DNA of 64,000 bases from Azolla caroliniana. Taxonomy: Eukaryota > Plantae > Polypodiophyta. Position 1 is the first letter of the stretch, and every line of letters begins with the position of its first letter. The notes under the pieces were generated by a model, which was given only the letters and a program-made list of their open reading frames with translations, had not been told where the DNA came from and did not search any database. The DNA lies in contig JBHGNT010000004.1 of NCBI GenBank assembly GCA_043228905.1, forward strand, positions 10,106,001 through 10,170,000, written 5' to 3'. The position numbers and the translations under genes were made by a program. Of the stretch, positions 39,246 to 53,122 are shown piece by piece.

Positions 39246-41067
39246 ATGCGAAGGGGGAAATCTTTCAAAGACTCTCTCAAATGTCTAGAAGCAGATATTC
39301 AACATGCCAACACTCTGTAAGTTCCCCATTAGTATGTATAGCTATATTCCCTATTTCTATGTACATCTTTGTTCCGTAGCTTCCTCCTTCAAATTTTTTT
39401 ATCCTTTTCCTTGTTTTATTTCCCTGGCTTTGAGTTATTCATAGATAAACAATCTACTAAATGAAATTGTATTGAAAAAAATTATTTCGATTCATTGCAA
39501 GTTGCAACCTTCTTGGTTCAAATGCTTGTGGGCTGATTTAAATTTTCAAAATTGACTGGTTTTTTCTTTTGTACTATTGAACTTTATTGTTAAAGACTGC
39601 CTATCTGAACATTCAAACGTGAAGGAGAAATGCAGTGTATGGTTAAATGTGTATATCAAATTCGGAAACACGTGACAAGAGAAACAGTGGATGGTTATAC
39701 AGAATATTTGATGTATAAGAAATGTTGGATGGGATAGGGCCTTGGAGTTCCCGAGGGATTACGATGGAGCATGTCTACAAATGAGGCTTTCATATAGCCG
39801 AGCTGCCCGCTTTTTCCTGTTTTTGGTTCGTTGGACTGATTGTAGCCTTGCTGGTGCACTTGGTCTTCTCCGCATTCTCATATACAAGGTATATGTTCAT
39901 ATTTTGAACACATTCTACAAGTCTATACTTGCCTACATGTTTGTCTGTCATCATAGTCTACAGCATTCTCTTCATAAATAAACACATGCTATGTTTTTTT
40001 AAGGTATACAAAGATGGAACAACTACAATGTCTATATATGAAAGGAAATTGAGCCTTCGAGAGTTTTACGGTATGAGTTCTGTTTCTCTCTTGTCTTCCC
40101 CCTTCTTTCATGAGTTTTGTGCTGTTTTTTTCTTTGAATTTCATTATCCTAAGAAGGCGACACTTTTTTGAATAATTCGTCCCACGTCTTGAATCGTGGC
40201 AGCCTACGTTTTACCTTCATTACAGCAATTACAAGGAGGTCTAGCTGAAATGGAAGTATTGAGACAGAAGGCAAGTTGTGTGGAGATGTACAAGAAAAGT
40301 TCAGGTATGAGGGTGGATTTAGATGTGGAATGGGAGAAAGAGTGTGGGATTTGTATGGAGAACAATGCCAAAGTTGTCTTGCCAGATTGCAACCATGCAA
40401 TGTGTCTCGAATGCTTCCGAGATTGGTAAGTCGACAGTTTTGTGTTTGAGCCCTAAATCCTAAATCATCAACCAGAAAAGGCCTAGAAGACCATCATCAT
40501 AATTCTATTCCGTCCAAGGGATTTTAGCTATTACTTTTGGGTTTACCATTGCAACTCTAAATCTTTAATGCAACCCTAAACCTGATAGTTCTAATGAACA
40601 TAATTTTGTGACATATTTTCCATGTCTTGTAAATTTCATACTTGTAAGCGGCTTTAATCCCCAATGTACCTATTTCTCTGTGATCTTGAACCTGAACCTA
40701 GAGACCCTAATTTACGAATCCACACCTAACCTTAACTCTAAAACACCCTAATTTTATAAAAGATCATAATGATAGATTTCTTTATCACTTGCTAAAATTT
40801 GAGGACTTTGAAGTTGAAACATGCCAATGATTTCATGGCAGGCACTCTCGTTCACAGTCATGCCCTTTTTGTCGTGACAACTTGAAGCGAGTGAATTCAA
40901 GGGATCTTTGGGTTTTCACGGAGTTGTCGGAGGTCCAAGACACTTCCACATTGACAAAAGACAACCTAAAGAGGCTTTTCATATACATCGATAAGTTACC
41001 TCTCTTAGTGTCAGAAAGTGTCTTTGCAATATATGGTTCAAACAAAAAAACATTGGATTGTAGATAA
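39246..41067 (+). CDS. AIRP2: C3HC4 RING E3 ubiquitin ligase, AIRP2-like; exons 39246-39316, 39738-39888, 40004-40070, 40203-40425, 40842-41067
   Basis: Spliced protein MRRGKSFKDSLKCLEADIQHANTLALEFPRDYDGACLQMRLSYS..WTDCSLAGALGLLRILIYKVY..CGICME..LPDCNHAMCLECFRDWHSRSQSCPFCR..DLWVF; all introns GT-AG with consistent phases. Confidence 0.93.
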
Positions 41068-42145
41068 TTTTATGTGAAATGAGATATACACAAAACAGAG
41101 TAAGAGAAATCCTCTTGATAGTCTGTTTGTTTGTTGCCACAAATGTAAATGAAAAAGACATTGGTAAATGCAACCCATGGAGTGATACAGTATATGGTAA
41201 TATTTGATGATTCTTAAAGTCAATTTTCACACAATTATGTAAATGTCAATAACCACCTCTGTGAAGCTTTCTATATAGTTTTTGGGTTTGGATCACTTCT
41301 TGTATTAAAAATAAATTTGTCTTTAAGTTTTTTACCTTGTTAAGGGTGGCTCATCCTTTTAAAGGATAACTATATCAAAGGTTGTGAATGAACTGGAGAA
41401 TATGATGTAATGTTAAAAATGAGATTGAGCTTCCTATGTGTATTTGATGCTGTGCAAATAGGCTATAGACGCATCCCTTATAGTGAACAGCATTAGATCT
41501 ATTAGATCCTTTTGTTTTGTTTGTTGATTGAGTCTATTAGATCTATGTGTGCATTGTAAACCTTATCTATTCTTTTGTTTATTGATGGTATCAAGTAGCT
41601 CTATGGTATATGCCTTGTGCACCTTGGCATATTCTTTCACTGTTCATGGCCTTTATTTTCTAGATCAACCACCATTTTGAAGGAATTAATTAGTGTTGTG
41701 TGTAGCTTACTTATGGTTGCATTCTTATATGCTGGCACATTTCCATTTCCAGAGTTTCCTACTATACTTGCAACTATTTTCATTACTAGAATATATATTC
41801 GCTACTTGATTATAAATCAAATGTTAAGTTGCCAAAAGTTAGTGAAACCAATTACTAATACCAGAGTACAAACATAGATCAGCTTCATAACTAAAAGACT
41901 ATAAGAACTTCTCAAGAGATGTAGTTGTGATTTTTTTATCTCCATAGTCCTATTGGAGTTTATTAGTCATATCGGCAACAAAATCTTCTTCATTAAAAAA
42001 ATGAACAATCACCTCCTTTATTATCCAAAGTGAATATGCATCAATATCACCAACTTTTTAGCTACACATTTGAGGTCATGCTGTTGTGTAGCAGACTTGA
42101 GATTTTTCATTTTGTCTATGCTACATAGACAAAATGAACACATAT

Positions 42146-42647
42146 GTGTGATAAGTACATTATGCTTATACATTGTGTATGACAATGTTATAGACTTGTT
42201 TACACAAACTTTTGCATACATGCATGCATGCATAGATTAATAAAGCCAAAACCCTTTTGACAAAATAATAGGTGTGATAAGTACATTATGCTTATACATT
42301 GTTTATGACAATGTTATAGACTTGTTTATGCAAACTTTTGCATACATGCATGCATGCATAGATTAATAAAGCCAAAACCCTTTCGACAAAATAATAGGTG
42401 TGATAAGTACATTATGCTTATACATTGTGTATGACAATGTTATAAACTTTTTACACAAACTTTTGCATACATGCATGCATGCATAGATTAATAAAGCCAA
42501 AACCCTTTCGACAAAATAATAGGTGTGATAAGTACATTATGCTTATACATTGTGTATGACAATGTTATAAACTTTTTACGCAAACTTTTGCATACATGCA
42601 TGCATGCATAGATTAATAAAGCCAAAACCCTTTCGACAAAATAATAG
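42146..42647. repeat. 125-126-bp tandem repeat, 4 near-identical copies
   Basis: Units start at 42146, 42272, 42398, 42523; each has CATGCATGCATGCA. Confidence 0.95.
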
Positions 42648-44352
42648 AAGGATTACGGCTAATGGATTTAAAACATATTACGACATGTATATATTATAAA
42701 TATACGTAATATGCTTTAAATGCATTTGCCATAATCCTTATATTAAATTGTACATATTGTGAAATGCACAAAGACATGCACACCACAATATGCATAATAC
42801 AATGTAAATGCATTGGCCATAATATTGTGAAGAAAGAAATTTCTTGTATTGCCAATGTTTGTAAGCCATAAATAATCAAATCATTACCCTTTGTATAACA
42901 ATTCTATTGAATTCATAACCCTTATGATATCTTTGACTCACACACATTACATGTAAATGCACAAGACTAACGTGAATGTTAAGTTTTGAGAACACCTAAG
43001 CTTGAAATAAAACATCCCAATTATAATAGTTTCATTACAATGTTCTCAAAGATACACAAGTAAATAGCAAAGTCCTCAATTGTACACGATAAAGAAATGT
43101 TTTCTTTTTTTTCAAAAAAATGATAAAGAAATGTTATGATTTGAAGAGAGATTGATGCGTCAATATTCCTCAAACAAAATGTAGTTGGTATAAAAACAAT
43201 GCATGCATTATTCTAATAATGTAAATTGTAGGATAAAAGTTGGTAATCTTATGTTTCACAGGATAAAAAGCTAGTCTATTGTGATTGTCTTGCTTGTGGG
43301 AAGGTTAAACCCCTAGATTCTTCTACTTGAACATTCAAGCCTCCTTTTAGCAGATATAATGAACAAGGATTCTCAACCTCCTTGACCTTTCTTCCATGAC
43401 ACTTCATTAAGCTCTATATAGGAAAACTTCTATGAAACAAAAAGTATGTTGATATTTGAGAGTGAGTTAGGATAGGGTCATGCTCTTTAAAGGGAGAGAT
43501 AAAGACAACATCAAGAGGTTGAGTTATAACACACTTGACAAGAAATCGTTAACATGAATACCATACATATTTCTCACTACTATGATGCCTTCTTGACAAA
43601 CACTCTTATACCAAACAAAAATAATAACACGCATAAGTCAATAGAACCCTAACACATTGTAGTGACTATAGTTCACAAAATATCTATAAAAGTATGCTAC
43701 CCACATGTTGGTCTTAGCTTTTGGGCCCCACCGTCTTCTTTAACCCTACTTCATGGTTTACTTGTGCTCTTTCACATTCATTATGCTATGAAAACCCTTA
43801 ATTTATAGGTATCTTGCTTTATGACCCCAAGAAAATAACTTCATTTTTTTTCCACATTTCCCAAAATGCTCTAAATTTCCAAAGATTTATCTTTTTCTTT
43901 CATACTACAATCTCCACACACATCTTACTATGTTTCTTTTCTTATCCTCATCGATATTATTGCTTTACATTCGTGCAAATGTTTATCTTGGATATCTTAT
44001 CAATGTTTGATCACCTTCTGAAAAAAGTTTTTCATCACTATTGAAATTAGAAATTATCATGGCTGAAAATGTATTGAAAGAGACATGCCAATGGAGGTTG
44101 GTGAATTTTGTATGCACATCCATAAGACATGCTTGAGCGAGTGTTGGTAGAAAGAGACATCATACCCAACTTATATAGCAGCCAAAATCAAACAATATAT
44201 TGTCAATAAACCCCGCATTCTTTGCAAGTTCATATATTTCAAATATTCTTGTCAGAAAATGAAAGCATGGAATTCCATGGTTCCCATAGTACTTTTAAAA
44301 ATTATACATAACGTTGAGCATGTAAATCCCAAGAGAATGTCAACTTGTAAGG

Positions 44353-45573
44353 AAACAAATAGTTTGTGCCACTGTTGAAATGGGGAAGAATGTGGCTTTT
44401 GTAATAGAAAACCTTGTAATGATCTTTGTAGTTAAAACCGTCTTATGCTAATTGAAGTCTTGTTAGAGAGAAAGATAGCCCAAAAGAGCCATAGTTAAAT
44501 ACTTGTCACTATGTTCTTCAATCTAATATACCATGAACAACAGATCTATGTTCAAAAGCCACATGCACGAAGGTTTACTTGGATGTGTGTAATCATTTGA
44601 TAAAATGTTTTTGGCGTGTTTATTAAATTTCGCATTTTAATTCTGCCTACAGGTATTGTGTTGAAGTCCCTTCTATCATAGTTCACTCTCTTTTATGTTT
44701 CAAATTTGTTGTACACCAAATCTCATGTTTTTCAATTTGAGTGGGTGTAGGCCCTTCTTACATTTCCGCTCTTGTGCTTAAGCTCTCTCAGTAACTTAAA
44801 AAGCCATATACCAAGTGTCCGTAGTATTGGGCTGTACATTGAAAGTTTGTCTATAGTATTGGGCTGTACGTTGAAAGTTTGTCTGTAGTATTGGGCTGTA
44901 CATTGAAAGTTTGTCTATAGTATTGGGCTTTACATTGAAAGTTTGTCCGTAGTATTGGGCTGTAAATTGAAAGTTTTGAAGACTTCATGTACATGATTTT
45001 CTAATTCATGTTCAATTGATGATAAGGCACCAATATGTCAATGCAAAAACTTGTCCAACATTCAATGATGACCCATAGAAATTAACAATAGCATCAATGA
45101 TACTGAATTTTAGTAAATTAGATGTGTTACATGATCCATATATAGTGATTCCAAGCCAATAGACAGCGAAGATTCATATGATACATACTGATTTCCATGA
45201 ATGGGAATGCTAAATTCACGGAATTGACCATAAGTGATGGATATATTACAACCTCTTTCACATCCTATAGTGTGAAGCCAATGTGGAGCCTTGAAGTTAA
45301 GGAGATAGATCCTATAAAAGGTGATGCTATGCTTGTAACAATCTCCATTGATTTCAATTTCTTTCTGATGCCTTCAACGTTAATCTCATTCCCTACAAAC
45401 TATTTGTTCGAAGTAACACTTTTCTACAACAAAACAGATATCTTTCAAGTGGATGAGACAATGAAATCCAAAGCTTAACATAAGACGGTTTTAACTACAA
45501 AGATCATTTCAAGGTTTTCTATTACAAAAACCACATTTTTCCCCATTTCAGCAGTGGCCCAAACTATTTGTTT
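44353..45573. repeat. ~95-bp inverted repeat pair (44353-44447 / 45479-45573)
   Basis: AAACAAATAGTTTG..AAACCGTCTTATG versus CATAAGACGGTTT..CAAACTATTTGTTT; no TSD seen. Confidence 0.85.
44821..44976. repeat. 32-bp tandem repeat, ~5 copies
   Basis: RTAGTATTGGGCTGTACATTGAAAGTTTGTCY at 44821, 44853, 44885, 44917, 44949. Confidence 0.93.
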
Positions 45574-46772
45574 GAAATAAAGCTTTTCTACAACAAAACA
45601 AAACTTTCAAGTAGATGAGACAATGAAATCCAAAGCTTTTTGCATACAAATGCATCTTCATTTCACTTAATGTTCTTACTTGATTCACTTAACCATCTTT
45701 TTTATGTAAAAACATTCCTATAAAGAAAAGCTTGCAACAGCAATACAAATACCCAAGTCAATGAAACAATGAAATCCAAAGTTTTTTACATAGCAATGTC
45801 TTCTCGCGATAAGGCATCCTGAATATTGGCATGTGGATATATATTCAGTTTAATCCTCCTGCATTGACCCCCAGATTTTAATCAGATAGCGGAGGCACTG
45901 ATTATACATTGAAATCATCATAGTTCATGGCATTGAGATCTTAATGTAGAGATCATATCAATAATGAAATTCTCCTCAGATTACCAATTTAACAAAAGAA
46001 GGGTTTTAAAATAAAATAGGGCTGGGTTTTTTTAATGTACAAGAGTTATTTATTGCAACATGCTCCAACAGCTAGCCACCATAACTGAAATCGCAAGGAT
46101 ACTGAAAATAAATGAATTTCCAAAAAACAAGTTAGGGAGAGAATTAGGTTATATATAAACAAATATGATCAAGTTGTTCCTTGTTTCCTCAGAGAGAAAC
46201 ATGTTTTACATAAATAAATATGATGAAGTTGTTCCCTGTTTCCTAAACTTAAAATTATATAGGCATTTAGAAATCTATTAAGGACACGAATTAAATGAAG
46301 TGAATGACAAGGAAATCAACAAAAAAATGTTCACACCATTCCTATGGATATTATCAATGTCCAAAAGTAGGTGCATGTGCATAAAGAAAATGCAGAACAT
46401 GATTTCTTCATAGAACACATTATATTAACAGAAACTGGCCAAGAAAGTGAAGTGTGTTGTGAATAAATTAAAAGCACAACAGAAAAGTGACATGCAGACA
46501 TTGATAACCATTACTCCTTTCTAGCCTTACAAGTACAGGGTTACATGTCATCAATCCAGAACATTGTGATACAGACGGCATCATAGCCTTTTCATTCAAT
46601 CATATGGCTACCATCTCTAAGAACATTGAGACTTTAAAAGTACAACTTGGGAATGAAAATTAGTGCCATCTTGCCGATCTATAATTTTATTCTGGCAGAA
46701 TCAGGCTTCTACCGATAAATTAAACAGTCTAAAAAGAATAAGCTTATTACCTGGAATGTGTCCAAAGCAAAT

Positions 46773-49700
46773 TCAAAATTTGAACTTCTTGAATTTCTTG
46801 AACTTTAGGCCCTTGAACTTTTTGTGCTTATATTTCTTAGAATGTTTATGTTTCTTATGATGTCCAGAATGCTTGGAAGAATGTCCGACAGAGTGGCCAA
46901 CATATGCACCTGCAGCAGCTGCCGCAGCATAGCCTAAGGCATGTGGCACTTGATGACCTCCAAGATGACTACTCCCATGAACTGGTGGTGCTGGATAACC
47001 TGGGAAAATAGTTCAATGAAATTTTAAAAATGTGTACAAGAGTATAGTTCCAGACTTAAAGTAGCTGTGCATTAATCATATATGGTCTTGGAAAATATAA
47101 TTTTCTGCAGCAATCAACCAAGCTTTCTTTTCATGCGTGAAATATCAGAAATTATGACAGAAATACCATAAAATTGAAAGGGAATTTAGCTGCAAAATTC
47201 AAATATTTCTATCGGATTATAAATATGTCCAACCAGAAAGTTAAAAAATTCAACGGTTTTTGCTAAATAAGAACACCTTTCTCATGAACATTGGTCATAT
47301 GATTTCAGAGATAATAGAATGTCAATGGAGAGATGATCAAATGATGCTTACCATGTTGGGGATATGTGCCTGCAGGGGGATATCCATAGGGGGGTGCTGG
47401 TGGGTAGCCAGATGGGGCAGGAGGATAGCCATGTGGAGGAGCTGGAGGGTAGCCATGTGGAGGAGCTGGAGGATAGTTTGGTGGATAGCCATGTGGTGCT
47501 GGAGGATAGCTTGGTGCATACCCATGTTGTGGTGCTGGAGGATAGCCTTGAGAATACCCATATCCACTCTTATGACCTTTCTCGTTAGCTCCATAATCAG
47601 GTGGAGGGTATGATTCTGGTGGGTAACCAGCTGGAGGCTTATCACCTTTATGGCCTTTCTCTGAAGTTCCGTATCCAGGCTGAGGAGGATATGATGCTGG
47701 TGGGTAACCAGCTGGAGCGTTATCACCTTTATGGCCTTTCTCTGAAGTTCCATATCCAGGCTGAGGAGGATATGATGCTGGTGGGTAACCAGCTGGAGCG
47801 TTATCACCTTTATGGCCTTTCTCTGAAGTTCCATAGCCAGGCTGAGGAGGATATGATGCCGGTGGGTAACCAGCTGGAGAATTATCACCATAACCTCTCT
47901 CTGAAGTTCCGTAACCAGATGGAGGATACGAAGCTGGTGGGTAGGCATCTGGATGCTGATCACCATAGCCTTTCTCTGAAGATCCAAAGCCTTTTTCCAA
48001 CACTGCAGTGGGTGGGTTCTCACCGTAATGAGATGGTGGGTATGCAGATGGTGGATAGTCAGATGGGTATCCACCACCAGTGTAAATTGATGTTTCACCC
48101 GGTTTTGTCCATGGTGAGCTTTCATCATCTTTATTTGGAGGATAGGTTGGAGGTATATCACCTGCGGGTGGTGGATAGCCTCTTGAATACACTGATGAGC
48201 TCACGCTGATTTTTTCTTCAATTCCTCAATAGTCCAGTTAAATATAGGACATCAGAAATATGGATCTTCAAGTACACATGCACAATATACTTGTTTAATT
48301 ATGCTCATATTTGCTTACCTGTTTCAATGATTTTGCTGGGATAAGATGGTGCAGAGGGATCAGTTCTTTGCTGGTTCACAGAGAGATTCATCAAGGCATC
48401 GCTAACACTATCCAACTTGTTATATTCATATGAATCTCTGCTTTGATGAGGATCCTGATCACATGCAATATATGCTTTTACACATTTCATCTGATGCTAC
48501 AAATAAATTAGCGCCAAGAGTTTTTTCTACAATGTTACTGCACCTATGTGTGTATGTGGTAAATCACTATCTTATATTATGATGTCCAAATTGATATTTA
48601 CAGATGACAAAGCTCACACCTGAGTAAGTGGCTTCCATTTCCAGGAAGCTTTCAATTTCCCTGTTTCACCCTTGCTTGAGCTAATCAGAGGACAAAACGT
48701 TGTATCTTCTTTCCCAATAACATCAAAGATTGAAATCCTACATTGCATGACGCCACCAGATAACTTAAACTTAATTCTACTCTTTCTAAATCTGTCAGTC
48801 TAAATAATACAAAATTCATTCCCCACACTTTGAGTAGACATACCTGGCCACTCCCAAGAGTTCATCACTGTTATACACTTGCACATAAATGTCTTGGGAC
48901 TGATCTTGTTCTTGAAGGTCAAATGTTAAGGTCTCATTCCATATTGGGTATCTCCCATGGTCTTCACATTAAAAAGTTACCATACCATCAAAAAATCAAT
49001 GTAGATTCTAGTCTATATATCTTTCGACTTTGAAGACTCACCTTCGGCAGTTTTGGTGCGTATCTGTTGCTTGCTGAAACTTGCAACAGCAAAAACATTT
49101 CTAGGCTCTGAAAAAAAGTGGATTAAAAATGAAAGGAACATGAAATGGGTTCAATGGAAATAAAGAATCATAGCCAAAAAGCAAAACAAGATGGAACCAA
49201 ACCAAGAAAAAAGCCATATGAATCAAATATTCAATCTTCAGTTCATGACATTAGTAGAAACAGAAATGATTAATGGCAGAAGTTAAAAATGCAGAAAACA
49301 TTGTCCACATAAACAAAACCACTGTAAGAAATTGATTTATTACAACTGTTACAAAATTTAAATACATTCTTCAAAACATGAAAAGGGCAAAGCGCCTCAA
49401 ATTAGATTTTACTGAGGACATGGCCACAGCCAAATCCTATACACATGAGCAATGCTTTTACACAGCGAGTGCTTAGTGTGACATAGATGAAAGGAACATG
49501 CTATAAAGAAATTGAAAAGAAACGAGACACTACATGCAAAGTGTAATGTGCTGCATTTGCTTTTCCTAGACTCTTTTTTACAAATATAATAATAAATTGG
49601 CTTTTAAAAAAACTAATCACAATCACATGATAGAAGAGATTGAGAAAAGAAATGAAGGAACAAAGAATGTAAAAATAAAGGGAGTCTGGGAAGTGTGAGA

Positions 49701-51013
49701 AAGGGTAAAAGTTTATTAAAACAAAACATAAAAAATGGATGCCAAAAGAAAAGACAGAGGACCTAAAATAAATAAAAGTAGGGAGACGAAGGAGAAGGGG
49801 AATAGGGTGAAGGAATTAAGCAAGCAGGGGAAAAGAATTCGGTAGAAAATGATAAAACGCCTTGCAATTGTTACATTGAAAAATGCTTCACTTTGCCTAA
49901 TAGCAATTGCATGAAGACTTGAGGTAATTGTTTGTTATATCAAAATTTGAAGAATATTGATAAAGTTATGTACAAGCTCACCAGCTAGAATGCTCTATTA
50001 TTTCAAGGACTGAGGAAATCAACAAGGATAGGCAAGACCACAAATTGTCCATGAATTTTATATCAACGCCTGAAGAGCTAAGCAGAAAAACTTTACAAAG
50101 AGTTCTGGTATTTTCACTTGTTTGAAAGAACAAAGAAGCTTGATAGCTTATAAAAATGATGCCACCACATTAAAGATCTAAGAAAACTTACATATGATCT
50201 AGCATTTTCAGTTGATTTACCATACCAATGCAAAGATCTTTGCAAAATCATATCTCTGGTATTTTCTACTTGATTTGAAAGTCTAAATCAGCTTGATAGC
50301 TTATAAATTGATGTTAGCTAATGTCCCTACCAATGACTGAAGTGATGCAAATTTACGACTTCAGATGAGATCTAGTATTTTCCAATTGAATGCAAAATCT
50401 CAATCAATCCGATGGCTCAATTTAATCAACACCACCATCACAAGGATCTAAGAAAATCTTTACACATGATCTGGCATTTTCTGTTTGAGTTAAAGATTCC
50501 AAATCAGATTCAGAATCTCAGAAACAGATGTCACCACAGTGAGAATCTAGGCATCCTCAGTTGGTTTGATGCTAAAAACAACGGGTAAATTGATGTCACC
50601 ACATCAAGGTTTTAAGGCAAAGAATCAGACATAAGATCTGGAATTTTCAATCGACCTGAAAATCCAAATGAATTAAGATCTTGATAATTATATCACCACA
50701 GACAATCTCGAAGCAAAGAAGAGGTAAGAACAGATCCGGCGAGATGAATAGACCTAATATGACGCAGGAATGACATAAGGGAAAAGAACAAACGACAAGC
50801 ATGGATACATGAAAAACAAATGTCTCTCTTTTTTCTTTCTTTCTTTTTTCTGAATGGTGAGAATGAATGAATCGATCTCAATCCATTTCAGGGAAAATGG
50901 AACTCTCACAATATTTCTCTCTCGCAGAGAAAATCTGCACATAATTACCTCTCTCTCTCTGTCGAAACTGGAACGGTCTCACTGCTTCGATCACTCAGAG
51001 AAAAGGGAACTCA

Positions 51014-51048
<35 letters not shown>

Positions 51049-51147
51049 TTTCAGAGAGAAAAAAGGGGGGAACATACCGCTATCAAACCGAACGTCAGGG
51101 GAGATGGAAGCGGAGACAATGGTGAGCTCGAGCGATGAGCTCGCCAT
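46773..51147 (-). CDS. C2-domain protein with GYPP-rich repeat region and His/Lys-rich C-terminus (SRC2-like N-term, glycine-rich protein A3-like C-term); exons 51147-51078, 49107-49042, 48961-48844, 48737-48620, 48454-48319, ~48215-47352, 46999-46773
   Basis: Spliced frame MASSSLELTIVSAS..EPRNVFAVASFSKQQIRTKTAEDHGRYPIWNETLTFDL..IYVQVYNSDELLGVARISI..GKLKASWKW (C2 motifs RTK, PxWNE), then GYPP repeats, AAAAAAGAYVG, and HKKFKGLKFKKFKKFKF-stop. Exon 6 acceptor ambiguous (48215 or 48224). Confidence 0.85.
47600..47920 (-). repeat. 81-bp (27-aa) coding tandem repeat GYGTSEKGHKGDNAPAGYPPASYPPQP
   Basis: CTGAAGTTCC recurs at 47661, 47742, 47823, with more diverged copies on both sides. Confidence 0.9.
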
Positions 51148-51200
51148 TTTCTTTTCTTTCTCGTCTGTCGTCTGCAAACGCAAGGCAAGGAAGAGGAGCG

Positions 51201-51237
<37 letters not shown>

Positions 51238-51368
51238 AGATAGAAAATATATTCACGTGAAGAAGGCGAAGAAGAAAGAAAGTCGTGAAGCCCCAAGAAG
51301 AAGAAGAAGAAGAAGAAGAAGAAGAAGAAGGAAGCAAGAAAGTCTTGGACATGGACATTGGGCCCCCT

Positions 51369-51399
<31 letters not shown>

Positions 51400-52960
51400 G
51401 GTGAAAACACACAATTATATTAATAAATGTTGTGTGAAAAAAAACACTACTTACAATAGGTGTGACGATGGAGAATGGTCACCCACTAACTACACTACAC
51501 TACATGGGTAGTAGTGTAACATGTTGAATTGCCAATATACAAGACGAACACTCCACCGAGGAAAGAATTTCCACTTGCTCCAATAAAAAATAAATTGTCA
51601 CATTACTACTCCCTTCAAATTTTCGTAGATATGCTTTCACCTCCATGTCTACCGTCGAATACAAAAGCGTTGCGCATATTCCAATTATGACGCAATATCC
51701 CCAATATCTCAGAAATAGAAAAACGATGTCCATCTCTGATTTTGGGTCAACCTGCGTAAATTGTGCAAACACCCACTGTCTAGGTGTCAAAGAACACCGT
51801 GATACGACTTGCCAAATTTGAGAAATGTAACTCCAAATCTGACAAGCAATCAAACATTGTATAAATCGATGAGTACTATCTTCCATTTGAATAGTGCAAA
51901 AAAAAGCAATTACCCATTGCTAGTCCACGACGCTTTAGAGCTAATCCCAAAGGCAATCCTCTAATCAAACCTCTCCAAATGAAGACCTTTGCTACAAGTG
52001 GCAATTTAGAATGCCAACTATATTGTATGATCTGCCACCACCCAGGATCAGATTTGTGTAATCTCCATTCTTCTTCGGCCTTAGATGATAACCATCCAAG
52101 AGACTCAATAGAGCAATGATACAAAAGATTAGTAGTCACTTGTAACAATGATGTTTGACGCTTTAAACACCAATCAAGTCATGGTTGTTCTCATGTTTGT
52201 AGAGGTAAGTGGCCTTGCATCAATGCAATATTTTGTAGTTGTGGCCAAATAAACCCATAATTAGACAGAATGCATAATAATTGTCACGCTTCAGCAAACC
52301 CCAAAATTCTTTGAGATGGAGCCTCAACTATATCTCCCACCTCTTTGACCCCCAAATGAAACAAACGATTAAATTGAGAGTGCAATCTCTCCTTACTTGG
52401 CCAACATAATAACCAAGAAGACACAAGCAACTCTTTTTGCAAAGAATTACAATGCTCTCTACTAGATGATGGTTTCCATACACATAACAAGAGTGCTTCT
52501 TGCCATGAGGTAACCAAGTGTTGAACACATGTAGAGCCTGGAATCCTAAGTGAAATACATCTATTCAGTAATTGTCACCATGAAACCTTAATCGTTGTCC
52601 TCCCATGTGTTAAACCCTTGTTCTTAATGAAATATTGAACAATAGATATCCATGGTTGTGAGTTTGAACACATATCTTGTAATAATGAAAATCTACGAGC
52701 CATCATATGCTTAGATAAGTTCAATATTCCAGCTCCCCCCAAGCGCTTAGGGGTTGCTAGATGATTCCATGCAACCCAAGTGATTCCCATCTTATCCCTC
52801 TTCTTCCACAATAAATATCGAAGAGGTTGCAAAATAGAATGCAAAGCCTCCTTTGTCCATGGCAACAATGGCAAATAATATAATATCATGGGTTCCATAA
52901 TACATTGTACAACCTTCAAGCGTACAAGAAATGGCCAAGATTGTGACTTCCAATACATGA

Positions 52961-53122
52961 TTTGTTAAGGAAATGTCCGTTGCCTTAATAGAGAACAGTG
53001 CAATCCTGGATTGGCCGTCTTTGTATTAACCGCTAAGGTCTATGTCGTCACTATGAGCGAGGTCTCTGAACTCTTCAAGGACGCCATCAAAGAAGAGGAT
53101 GATTGGCCCCGACTTCTGAAAC
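52961..53122. other. 162-bp foreign insert in LINE ORF2 flanked by 7-bp direct repeat TACATGA
   Basis: TACATGA at 52954-52960 and 53123-53129; LINE frame KFM|YWKSQ rejoins; no TIRs or poly(A). Confidence 0.8.

Noticed and set aside
44821-44976. 32-bp repeats resembling a CRISPR array in unit length
   Set aside because: Units are contiguous with no unique spacers, no cas genes, eukaryotic context.
43200-45480. Possible decayed PPR or other gene remnants
   Set aside because: Only vague peptide resemblance, no sustained frame; needs TBLASTN.
47260-48209. Long overlapping ORFs in alternative frames/strand over the GYPP exon
   Set aside because: By-product of repetitive codon usage; only the Pro-rich frame splices in phase.
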